This document shows, one piece after another, positions 38,599-47,491 of a DNA stretch of 64,000 nt. Source of the stretch: an uncultured Acidobacteriota bacterium (GTDB lineage Bacteria > Acidobacteriota > Thermoanaerobaculia > Gp7-AA8); contig CAVUKB010000005.1 in the NCBI GenBank assembly GCA_963741955.1, positions 1,402,179 through 1,466,178 on the forward strand, read 5' to 3'. The notes under the pieces are model-generated. The model worked only from the letters and a program-made list of their open reading frames with translations, did not search any database and was not told where the DNA came from. A program made the translations under genes and the position numbers. Numbering within the stretch: position 1 is the first letter of the stretch; the number at the start of each line of letters is the position of its first letter.

Positions 38599-39318
38599 TC
38601 ACCAGTACAGCGCCCAGCCGTCGCTTGTTCTGACCCCGTGCCCCTGGACGGTGATACGCGCTTCGCCTTCGAGATTCTTCATCGGCAGCATCTGGTGGAG
38701 GCGGTGTCCGGAATGGATGAAGATCCGACCCTCCGCATACGCTTCGTGCACCGGCTTCCGATTCTCGTCCAACTTTCGCTTTCGCTCCTCTTCGCCGAGC
38801 GGTCTCAGCTCGTTCCAGTCGAGATTCCAGACCGCGAGTCCGGCGCCACTCTTCGGCAGCCTCACCGGGATGGTGAATGAGAGCGGATCGACGAAGTCGG
38901 GATCGGGGAGGCCACTCCAGTCGATCAGTTCGTACTGGAGGTCGTAGTGCGCGCTCGCCTTCTGCTTTTCGAACGACTCGTGCGCGTAGAAGATGTGGAA
39001 CCCGGGAAGTCCGAGCGGAGCGTAGCAGCGCGCGGGTCGCCCGAGAAGGAGGGAGAGCCGCTGCTCGAGCCGCTCGTACATCCAGCCGAAGTGCTCCCGG
39101 AGGATGGGATTGAGCGCAGCGGCCTTCTCACGGTAGGAGTGGAAGCGCCCTTCCGTCGCATCGAGGTAGCTCGCAGCGCCGAGGGTGAAGAAAGGGAGAC
39201 CGCTCCACCGGCGCTCCCATGAGGACTCGAGCGATTGGAGAGTCTCGAGAATGCTCGAGCATTCCGCGTCGTCGAAGAGCTCGACCGAAAGAAGAGTGCC
39301 GGAGTCGGACGTGGTCAT
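38599..39318 (-). CDS. Putative 2OG-Fe(II) oxygenase
   Basis: HYD (HxD), SFTIPV..P..GAGL, distal LHQ and RIT.QGH strand pattern of a double-stranded beta-helix. Confidence 0.6.
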   Translation of the reverse strand: MTTSDSGTLLSVELFDDAECSSILETLQSLESSWERRWSGLPFFTLGAASYLDATEGRFHSYREKAAALNPILREHFGWMYERLEQRLSLLLGRPARCYAPLGLPGFHIFYAHESFEKQKASAHYDLQYELIDWSGLPDPDFVDPLSFTIPVRLPKSGAGLAVWNLDWNELRPLGEEERKRKLDENRKPVHEAYAEGRIFIHSGHRLHQMLPMKNLEGEARITVQGHGVRTSDGWALYW

Positions 39319-39647
39319 GAACGAACGATTATCCGACAAAACCGCGCCGCACGCAGCCGCGGCGTCGCGAGCGCGTCGTTCGACCGATGGAGCCCCTCGT
39401 CCATCGGCGATGCATATGCATCACTCACGGGGGCATTCCTCTCCGATCTCTTTCCGTGAATGCCCGGATCATCGAGCAGCAATTACCGTTTCTGTCCGGA
39501 TCGCGGCAAATCGCCGCCGCTCGTGCGAGGTGAAAGTCGAGCGAGCGCTCGGGATATGGAGCCGAAGCTCCATTTCCATCCAGGGGTCAGGTCTCCTGTT
39601 TGGACTCAACTCATTCCTCCACAACGACTTGCGCGATTCAGGCGACA

Positions 39648-39663
39648 TGGCACGCGGCCTGCT
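39648..39663 (+). promoter_or_regulatory. Putative sigma54 (-24/-12) promoter of the precursor/lanM operon
   Basis: TGGCACGCGGCCTGCT: TGGCACG plus GG-N10-GC, about 75 nt upstream of the first precursor ATG. Confidence 0.7.
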
Positions 39664-39738
39664 CTAGGGAGAGTCGGTTCGAACCACCCGACAATCGATT
39701 GGTCCCTTTGAGAATTCATCGAAAGAGGAGTCGTGACT

Positions 39739-40104
39739 ATGAGTGAAGTCAGCAAGCAGGAGATCATCGGCCTCATCTACCAGTTCGCGGAGAACAACAC
39801 CGACTACCGTCGCGCGTTGCTCGCCGACCCCAAGAAGGTGCTCGAGAAGCAGATGCAGCAGAACCTTCCGGAATCGCTGAAGGTCAAAGTGGTTCAGGAG
39901 AGCGCGGATACGGTGTATCTGGTCGCTCCCTACGTCCCGCAGCAGGGCGACGAGCTCTCCGACGAGGACCTCGAGAAGGTCGCCGGCGGCAAGGGCAAAG
40001 GCGGCGGCGGCGGCACGACCCGCAACGAGAGCAACAACATGTACATCTGCAACGACACCAAAGGCATCGGAACCCGCGTCGAAGTCACCACCAACGTCGG
40101 GTAG
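39739..40104 (+). CDS. NHLP-leader RiPP precursor A1
   Basis: GAGGAG RBS; leader YRRALLADPKKVLE..VKVVQES..TVYLVAP..ELSDEDLEKVAGG; core KGKGGGGGTTRNESNNMYICNDTKGIGTRVEVTTNVG. Confidence 0.95.
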   Translation: MSEVSKQEIIGLIYQFAENNTDYRRALLADPKKVLEKQMQQNLPESLKVKVVQESADTVYLVAPYVPQQGDELSDEDLEKVAGGKGKGGGGGTTRNESNNMYICNDTKGIGTRVEVTTNVG

Positions 40105-40113
40105 TCCGTTTTC

Positions 40114-40174
40114 GTGCTCCCGGAGGCTTTCCGGGAGCGCTTTTGAATGGGGCGTGGCCACCCGCGCCCCATTC
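40114..40174 (+). terminator. Double hairpin after precursor A1
   Basis: GTGCTCCCGGA..TCCGGGAGCGC then TTTT, followed by GAATGGGGCGTGG-CCAC-CCGCGCCCCATTC. Confidence 0.6.
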
Positions 40175-40218
40175 GAGAGCGCGATCCGTCGCTCTGAACC
40201 AGCTGAAAAGGAGAAGTC

Positions 40219-40584
40219 ATGAGTGAAGTGAGTAAGCAGGAGATCATCGGTCTCGTCTATCAGTTCGCGGAGAACAACACCGACTACCGTCGCGCGTTGC
40301 TCGCCGACCCCAAGAAGGTGCTCGAGCAGCAGATGCAGCAGAGCCTTCCCGCGTCACTCCATGTCAAGGTGGTTCAGGAGAGCGCGGACACGGTGTATCT
40401 GGTCGCTCCCTACGTCCCGCAGCAGGGCGACGAGCTCTCCGACGAGGACCTCGAGAAGGTCGCCGGCGGCAAGGGCAAGGGCGGCGGCGGCGGCACGACC
40501 CGCAACGAGAGCAACAACATGTACATCTGCAACGACACCAAGGGCATCGGAACCCGCGTCGAAGTCACCACCAACGTCGGGTAA
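40219..40584 (+). CDS. NHLP-leader RiPP precursor A2 (core identical to A1)
   Basis: AGGAG RBS; near-identical leader and identical 37-aa core. Confidence 0.95.
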   Translation: MSEVSKQEIIGLVYQFAENNTDYRRALLADPKKVLEQQMQQSLPASLHVKVVQESADTVYLVAPYVPQQGDELSDEDLEKVAGGKGKGGGGGTTRNESNNMYICNDTKGIGTRVEVTTNVG

Positions 40585-40706
40585 TCATTTCGTCGTACTC
40601 CCGGGCCGCTCCGGCCCGGGAGTGCTGTCGAGTGGGACGCCGCCGCCCGCGCCTCACTCGAGAGCAACATCGATGCTCTGAAATCAAATGAGGAGGTAAC
40701 CACCCC

Positions 40707-41072
40707 ATGAGTGAAGTCACCAAGCAGGAAATCATCGGTCTGGTCTATCAGTTCGCGGAGAACAACGCCGACTACCGTCGCGCATTGCTCACCGATCCCA
40801 AGAAGGTGCTCGAGCAGCAGATGCAGCAGAACCTTCCCGCGTCGCTGAAGGTCAAGGTGGTTCAGGAGAGCGCGGACACCGTCTATCTGGTCGCCCCCTA
40901 CGTCCCGCAGCAGGGCGACGAGCTCTCGGATGAGGATCTCGAGAAGGTCGCCGGCGGCAAGGGCAAAGGCGGCGATGGCGGCACGACCCGCAACGAGAAG
41001 AACAACATGTACATCTGCAACGACGCCAAGGGCATCGGAACCCGCGTCGAAGTCACCACCAACGTCGGCTGA
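40707..41072 (+). CDS. NHLP-leader RiPP precursor A3 (variant core)
   Basis: GAGGAGG RBS; core KGKGGDGGTTRNEKNNMYICNDAKGIGTRVEVTTNVG. Confidence 0.95.
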   Translation: MSEVTKQEIIGLVYQFAENNADYRRALLTDPKKVLEQQMQQNLPASLKVKVVQESADTVYLVAPYVPQQGDELSDEDLEKVAGGKGKGGDGGTTRNEKNNMYICNDAKGIGTRVEVTTNVG

Positions 41073-41241
41073 TCATTCCGGTTCGCTCCCGGGTCGAAAT
41101 GGCCCGGGAGTGCTTCCGCGTGGATCGCTTCATCCAGCAGCGATCCACCCGGAAGCAGAAATCACCGTCGTCAGCCGGTCCGGTTCACTTCGAACGCATC
41201 AAACGAGACCGTGGTGGACGATCACCTCGCGCGTTATGCCC

Positions 41242-44200
41242 ATGTCCGATCTCGATCTGATTCGAATCGCAGCCCGCGCACGAACTCTCGACGAAGCGCT
41301 ACGGCCGGTCGAATCTCCCATCCCCCTCCCCTCAGGAAATGAAGTGTCGCTCTGGATGCGCGCGTACTCCCCCGACTCCGAGGAAGCGTTCCACCGGCGC
41401 CTCGCCTGGGACGGCCTCGATGCCGCCGCCGTCTGCTGTTCCCTCGCCGCGCCGCTCGCGGAGGATGCGATGCCCGGCTGGCTCAGCTCCCTCACGCGGG
41501 TCTGCCGGATCGCCGCATCGCTCGATCCGGCCGCAATCGACCGGCACGTCGATGCCCTCGGCGCCGGCGATCTCCCCTTCGCGCACCTCTGGATCCCGTT
41601 CGTCCTCTTCTCCCGCGAGGCTCTCGATTCGTCTCTCGTAGCAGAGGAGAATCGACGCATCACCACGGCGGCGCGGCTCCAGCTCGATCGCGAGATCCTG
41701 CGCCGCATCGCCGATGCCGGTGCGCTCGTCGCGCTCGACTGCTTCGATCGCTTTCGCTCCGCGCATGCAGCTGATGCCTACCGCACTTTCGTCGCCCGCA
41801 CACTCGCGGACGGCTACCGCGATCTCTTCACCGACTACAGCGCCCTCGGGCGGCGGCTGATCGGACTGGTGGACGGCTGGACCGCATCGGTCGCCGAGAT
41901 GCTCGCTCGCCTCACTGCCGACGAAGAACCGCTCGAGAAGACGTTCGCGATCGCGGCGGGCGAGATCGCGTCGATCGAGAGCTCACTTTCCGATCGTCAC
42001 GACGGGGGGCGCACCGTCACCCGCCTCACGTTCGCTTCCGGAGGGGAGCTGATCTACAAACCGCGCGACGTCGGCATCGTCACCGCCTGGAACGACCTCC
42101 TTCGATGGCTCGCGTCGCACGGGCTCTCGGATGCACCGGCACCGCTCACGGTCGTCGAGCGGGAGGGGTACGGCTGGGTCGAGCACGTCCCGCAGACGCC
42201 GGCGAAAGACCATAGCGCCGCAGAGCGCTATTTTGCACGCGCCGGATCCCTCGTCTTCCTCGCCTGGCTCCTGGAGGGGCGGGACCTCCACATGGAGAAC
42301 GTCATCGCCGGTCCCGCCGGACCGGTCCTGGTCGACGTGGAGGCACTCTTTCATCCCGCCTCGGCGCTCGATGCGCTCACCTCCTCCACGGCGGTCGCAG
42401 TCGCCGGCAACCGCATCCGCTCGAGCGTGTTGAACAGCGGGCTCCTTTCCTTCCCTCAGGCGGATCCCGAAGGCCGGATCTACGACGTCGGGGGACTGCG
42501 CGGACGTGGAGGCTACGTCCTTTCGCACGAGAGTCTCGTCTGGCGCGAGGTCAATCGCGACTCCATGAGAATCGAGCGGGAAGAAACCGTGGCTCCTCCG
42601 GCGAAGAACGTCCTTTACCTTCACGGGGAGGCTCTCTCTCCCGACGAATTCGCCGGAGCCCTCACCGGCGGGTTCGCATCGACGTGGCGGCTGTTCCTCG
42701 AACATCGGGACGAGATCCTCGCATCCGGCGGACCGCTGGCGCGTTTCGCGGGAAAGAAGGTGCGGGTGGTCTTCCGCCCGAGCAACCAGTACGCGATCGC
42801 TCTGCGCCAGATGACTGCGCCGTCGCAGCAGCGACGCGGAATCATCAGCGGCTTTCTGATCGATTCACTCAACCGGATTTTTGCGGGCGAGACGGAAAGA
42901 CCTCTCCTGTGGCCTCTCGTCGCGGAAGAGCGCCGTGCTCTCGAGAGGCTCGACATCCCGCTCTTTCTCGTTCCGACGGATTCGGACGAGATCGAGATCG
43001 CGGACGGTGAGCGCCTCTCGGGATGGTCCCTGCGGAACGGGTTCGAGATCGTACGCGAGCGGATCGCGTCGCTCGACGAGAGCGGACTCGCGATGCAACT
43101 CTCGCTTCTCCGCGCATCGCTTCTCCCGCATCGCGATCCGGTCGAGCAGGAGCCGGCAGAAAGCGGCCCTTCCTTCGAGATCGGTTCGCCCATCGCCGCC
43201 CGGGAAGACTTTCTGCGCGAAGCCGCGGCGATCGGAGACGAGATTCTCTCTCACGCAATCCACGGTGACGATGGTTCGGTCACCTGGATCGCGCCGGAGT
43301 TTCTCCGGCTCGAGGAGCGTCCCGACTTCGGCGCGACGTACTACCTCTACGGCGGCGTCACCGGCATTTCGATCTTCCTCGCCGCCCTCGCTCGCGTCAC
43401 TCGCACGGATCGTTTCGGGGCTGCGGCCCTCGCCGCTCTCCGCCCTCTCCGTTCGCTCGTCGGGAGCTCCGATGCCGAGCGGCTCCTCCGGCAGGAAGGC
43501 ATCGGAGGATGCAACGGCATCGGTTCACTCGTCTACGCAGTGAACCTCACGGGCGAGCTTCTGGACGACCCGGAGACCACTGCGCTGGCCGTCGATCTCG
43601 CCCGCTTCATCGACGAACCGCGCATCGCGTCCGATGAGCGATTCGACGTCGAAGGGGGAGCCGCCGGAGCGATCCTCGCACTTCTCGCACTCCACCGCTC
43701 CACGGGAGAGCCGTGGCTTCTGGAGCGGGCGCGGCTCTGCGCACGGCATCTGCTCGACCGTTCCCTGGTCGAGGGCGGCCTGCGCCGATGGCCCGGTCCC
43801 GACGGCTTCTCGCTGGCCGGGCTCGCGCACGGCTCCGCCGGCTACACCCTCGCTCTCGCCCGACTCGGCGCGGCGATCGGAGACACGGCCTTGATCGAAG
43901 CGGCTACCGAGTCGCTGCGATGGGAAGATTCGGTGTTCGATCCCTCCAGCGGCAACTGGCCGGTATTCCGGCGAGCCGGAAAACCCCCAGTCTTCATGAT
44001 TGCCTGGTGCCACGGCGCGGCCGGCATCGGTCTCTCCCGGCTCTCCCTCCGCGGTCTGATCAAGGATGACGCAGTCGAGAGAGGGATCGAGCGGTCGACG
44101 TCGACCGTCCTCGCCGATTCCCTCTTCGTCGTCGATCACCTCTGCTGCGGAAATCTCGGCCGGGACGAACTCCTCGTCGAATCGGGAGGCGAGGCTCTCG

Positions 44201-44421
44201 AAGAAGCACGCCGCCGCGCGACGGTCGCTCTCGACCGCCGCCGCAACAGCGGAGCGTGGGCCCTCCAGCCGGATGCCGAAGAGAACCGGATCTTCCAACC
44301 CGGCTTTTTCCGCGGACTCGCCGGCATCGGCTATTCGATGTTGCGTCTCGCCAACCCCGAATCACTTCCGTCGGTTTTGTCATTTGGAAATGCAGCATTC
44401 CTTTCCAGGAGAAGATCATGA
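41242..44421 (+). CDS. lanM: Class II lanthipeptide synthetase LanM, CCG-type (start 41236 or 41242)
   Basis: Dehydratase motifs SDRHDGG, YKPR, YGWVE, DLHMEN, VDVEALF, R.VFRPS..Y, LDIP. Cyclase motifs LYGG.TG, GLAHG, WCHG, LCCG. Confidence 0.95.
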   Translation: MSDLDLIRIAARARTLDEALRPVESPIPLPSGNEVSLWMRAYSPDSEEAFHRRLAWDGLDAAAVCCSLAAPLAEDAMPGWLSSLTRVCRIAASLDPAAIDRHVDALGAGDLPFAHLWIPFVLFSREALDSSLVAEENRRITTAARLQLDREILRRIADAGALVALDCFDRFRSAHAADAYRTFVARTLADGYRDLFTDYSALGRRLIGLVDGWTASVAEMLARLTADEEPLEKTFAIAAGEIASIESSLSDRHDGGRTVTRLTFASGGELIYKPRDVGIVTAWNDLLRWLASHGLSDAPAPLTVVEREGYGWVEHVPQTPAKDHSAAERYFARAGSLVFLAWLLEGRDLHMENVIAGPAGPVLVDVEALFHPASALDALTSSTAVAVAGNRIRSSVLNSGLLSFPQADPEGRIYDVGGLRGRGGYVLSHESLVWREVNRDSMRIEREETVAPPAKNVLYLHGEALSPDEFAGALTGGFASTWRLFLEHRDEILASGGPLARFAGKKVRVVFRPSNQYAIALRQMTAPSQQRRGIISGFLIDSLNRIFAGETERPLLWPLVAEERRALERLDIPLFLVPTDSDEIEIADGERLSGWSLRNGFEIVRERIASLDESGLAMQLSLLRASLLPHRDPVEQEPAESGPSFEIGSPIAAREDFLREAAAIGDEILSHAIHGDDGSVTWIAPEFLRLEERPDFGATYYLYGGVTGISIFLAALARVTRTDRFGAAALAALRPLRSLVGSSDAERLLRQEGIGGCNGIGSLVYAVNLTGELLDDPETTALAVDLARFIDEPRIASDERFDVEGGAAGAILALLALHRSTGEPWLLERARLCARHLLDRSLVEGGLRRWPGPDGFSLAGLAHGSAGYTLALARLGAAIGDTALIEAATESLRWEDSVFDPSSGNWPVFRRAGKPPVFMIAWCHGAAGIGLSRLSLRGLIKDDAVERGIERSTSTVLADSLFVVDHLCCGNLGRDELLVESGGEALEEARRRATVALDRRRNSGAWALQPDAEENRIFQPGFFRGLAGIGYSMLRLANPESLPSVLSFGNAAFLSRRRS

Positions 44422-45386
44422 CCGTCCAGAGTCCATCCACCGTCCAGATCCGGCCGGTCGGCGCCGGCGAGGCTGCCGTTTTTTCGGCCATGACTTTCCC
44501 GGCCTACCGGCACATGCTCTCGCTGGAGCGCACCGTCCGCCTTCCCCAGGAGCACGACAGCCTTCCGGTCGACCCGATCGCCGTGGCGGCGATCATCGAC
44601 GGAACACCGGCAGGGCTCGCGGTCGGAGAGCTGCCGGTCCTGGAGGATCATCTACCGGAGGTTCTCTCTCTCTTCGTCGCCCCGCAGTTTCGCGGTCACG
44701 GAATCGCGACGCAGCTGCTCGCGCGGATGGAAGAGGAGGTTCGGTCTCGCGGGTTCGAGCGCCTCCTCGGGATCTACATGACCGGTAAGTCGGGGGTCGA
44801 CGCGTTCGAGCACATCGCGGCGAAACGCGGATGGTCGGAGCCGCACGTGCGGATGGTCTCCTGCCGCTTCAGTGCGGAATCTCTCGCCTCCGCGCCGTGG
44901 CTCGGGAAGTACCACCTCCCGTCCGACTACGAGATCTTCCCCTGGAGCGAGCTCCGGGAGGAAGAGCGAGAGACCCTCCGGCGCTCGCACGCCGAGAATC
45001 CGTGGATCGCGCCGGATCTCCTCCCGTGGGAGTACGAGAAATTCGGCTTCGAGCCGAAGACCAGTCTCGGCATCCGCTACAAGGGAGTGGTGGTCGGATG
45101 GATCCTCAACCACCAGCTCGCGGACGATACGGTCCGCTACACCTGCAGCTACATCCGAAAAGATCTCGGCCGGCTCGGACGGATCGTCCCGGCGTACTCC
45201 GAATCATTCCGCCGCTTCATCGAAGCGGGCTTTCGGAACGCAACTTTCACCACTCCTCTCCACCACAAGGGGATGGCGGCATTCGCGAAAAGATGGTTCG
45301 CTCCCTGGTCGACCTTTTTCGGAGAAACCCGAGGCATCGAAAAATCTCTCGGTTCGGATCAATCGAACGATCGGTCCGGACTCTGA
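44418..45386 (+). CDS. GNAT-family acyltransferase, selidamide-type candidate
   Basis: ATGA overlap with lanM; acyl-CoA loop FVAPQFRGHGIATQL plus a second GNAT-like half (VVGW..H...RYT..YIRKDL.RLG). Confidence 0.85.
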   Translation: MTVQSPSTVQIRPVGAGEAAVFSAMTFPAYRHMLSLERTVRLPQEHDSLPVDPIAVAAIIDGTPAGLAVGELPVLEDHLPEVLSLFVAPQFRGHGIATQLLARMEEEVRSRGFERLLGIYMTGKSGVDAFEHIAAKRGWSEPHVRMVSCRFSAESLASAPWLGKYHLPSDYEIFPWSELREEERETLRRSHAENPWIAPDLLPWEYEKFGFEPKTSLGIRYKGVVVGWILNHQLADDTVRYTCSYIRKDLGRLGRIVPAYSESFRRFIEAGFRNATFTTPLHHKGMAAFAKRWFAPWSTFFGETRGIEKSLGSDQSNDRSGL

Positions 45387-45501
45387 TAAGATTCGCGAAC
45401 ATCGTCCAATCGAATTCGCTCCAGTTTCGAGTACATCGCTCCGCCCGTGGGTGCACGTCCGCGTGACGAGAGTGCCAGCACAGGAAACGGTAGAGGTGGG
45501 T

Positions 45502-47469
45502 ATGAGGCGTAACGGTCGTCAGATCCTCGGCAGCATCATCACTACTCTCGCACTTCTGATCCTCGTCCCCGCGGTCACTGCCCAGACTCCCCCCGGCGAA
45601 CAGCCGCCCGTCTACGCACCGGCTGCGATCTCCGCACCGTCGATCTCGATCATGGATGCGGTCCGTCTGACCCTGCTGAACGACCCGAGCGTCAAGCTCG
45701 CCGAACAGTCGACGCTTCAGCAGAGGGGATACGCTCAGGAGCAGACCGGAACGTTCGACACGGACATCCTCGGGTCGATCGACTTCAACTACGAGCAGAC
45801 GGAGCTCGGCAAGGACGCGATCAAAGCCGAGACGGACCGCCGCAAGCAGCAGCGGGAAGTCGCGAATCAGACCCACGATCGCGCGGAGCAGGTTCAGGCG
45901 GAGCTCGATGCCGTCCGGAACGCGAATCCGAACGATTTCAATCTCGGGCTCGACGATCCCGACGCCCAGGCGTTCCAGACCCAGGTGGAGCTGTTCAATG
46001 CTCTCCTTCGCGCGGCGGGAGAAGCGGAACGCCAGAAGCTCCTCGAGCTTCGCGATCAGATGATCCAGACTCACATCACCGAGCTTCAGAATACCCTCGA
46101 CGTCCTCCACAAGGAGGAAGCCGACGCCCTCGAGCGACTCCGGAAATTCGGGACCATTCCGCGCATCCAGGAGAACTATTTCGGGACGCTCAGCCTGACT
46201 CTCGTCCAGCCTCTCCGGACCGGCATGGTCGTCTCCCCCTTCTTCACGTTCAGCGGAAACGGGACGTATTACAAGGGGAAGAAGCAGAGTCAGGACTGGG
46301 GCGGGCTCGGTCTGGAGGACCTCTACAAATCGCAGCTCGGCTTCACGGTCACCCTCCCGCTCGGACGCGGCAGCGGCGTGGAGTCGGTCGCCGCCGCGGA
46401 ACGGGCGGCCTGGATCGACTACGACGCGAGCAATCGCTTCGAGCGGCACATCGCCGCCTCCAGCGTCTACTCGGCGACTCTCGCCTACTGGAATCTCGTC
46501 GCGGCGCAGGAACAGCTGGAAGTCGCGAGGGAATCCGAGAAGCTTCAGAACCAGCTGGTCGGCCTCACTCAGGACCTGATCGAAGGGGACGAGATTCCGC
46601 GAGCGGAGCTCTCCCGCGCCCAGGCCGAGGAATCGAACAGTCTCGCCATCGTCAGCAGCAGCCAGCAGAGTCTCTACCAGGCCCGCGTCCAGCTGGCCCA
46701 GAGCATGGGGCTGCGGGTGGAAGACGAGACGAACGCTCCGCTCGCATCGTCGCCGTTCCCCACGCCTCCTCCGATGGACGTGGTACTCCGGCTCGATGCC
46801 TCGCGCCTCGGCGACATGGCGGTCGCACGGCGCGAGGATCTGCGCGCGACCGAGATGGCCCTCGATTCCGGAAAGCTTCTCCTCAATGCCGCGAGGCTCG
46901 ACCTCCGTCCGAAGTTCGACCTCACCGGAAAGCTCTACTACTCCGGGGTGAGAGAGACTGGAAGCTTCGGCCGCGGATTCGCCGGAACGGTGAGCCAGTG
47001 GACCGGCCCGAGCACGTCACTGGCGGCATCGTTCGAGCGACCGATCGGGAACAATCTCTGGAAGGGCCGCTACGCCCAGCAGCAGGCGCTCTACAACCAG
47101 AAGGACATCTCCTCGACCAATCTCCGCCGCTTGATCAAGGCTGACGTCGTCGCGACGGTGGCCTCGCTGAAAGAAGCCGCCACGCAGCTCGACCAGTCGG
47201 AGCGCGCGGTTGGTTACTACCATCAGTCGGTCGATTCGGAGCTCGAAAAGCTTCGTCTCGGGACTTCCACCCTGGTCAATGTCGTCTTCACCGAGCAGCA
47301 GCTCATCAGCGCGATGGTCGGCCTGGTCGACGCGCGTTACACCTACGCTTCGCTCCTTACGCGGCTCCGGTACGACACCGGAACCATCGTCGACACGACC
47401 GGAGACGTGAACCGGGTCTTCGAAGAAAACTTCTATCAGCTCCCGCCTCTGGCGGGAGGATCCAGGTGA
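45502..47469 (+). CDS. TolC-family outer-membrane factor 1 with large helical insertion
   Basis: Signal peptide; AVRLTL.NDP, FTVTLPL.RG, AYWNL.AA, RREDL, LRPKFDL, EKLRLG.ST, L...TG repeats. Confidence 0.85.
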   Translation: MRRNGRQILGSIITTLALLILVPAVTAQTPPGEQPPVYAPAAISAPSISIMDAVRLTLLNDPSVKLAEQSTLQQRGYAQEQTGTFDTDILGSIDFNYEQTELGKDAIKAETDRRKQQREVANQTHDRAEQVQAELDAVRNANPNDFNLGLDDPDAQAFQTQVELFNALLRAAGEAERQKLLELRDQMIQTHITELQNTLDVLHKEEADALERLRKFGTIPRIQENYFGTLSLTLVQPLRTGMVVSPFFTFSGNGTYYKGKKQSQDWGGLGLEDLYKSQLGFTVTLPLGRGSGVESVAAAERAAWIDYDASNRFERHIAASSVYSATLAYWNLVAAQEQLEVARESEKLQNQLVGLTQDLIEGDEIPRAELSRAQAEESNSLAIVSSSQQSLYQARVQLAQSMGLRVEDETNAPLASSPFPTPPPMDVVLRLDASRLGDMAVARREDLRATEMALDSGKLLLNAARLDLRPKFDLTGKLYYSGVRETGSFGRGFAGTVSQWTGPSTSLAASFERPIGNNLWKGRYAQQQALYNQKDISSTNLRRLIKADVVATVASLKEAATQLDQSERAVGYYHQSVDSELEKLRLGTSTLVNVVFTEQQLISAMVGLVDARYTYASLLTRLRYDTGTIVDTTGDVNRVFEENFYQLPPLAGGSR

Positions 47470-47491
47470 GGGCGGGGCGACGGGTGAGCCG

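Noticed and set aside
39739-41072. Nitrile hydratase alpha-subunit genes
   Set aside because: They lack the CxxCSC metal site and end in a double-Gly motif plus core, which defines NHLP leaders.
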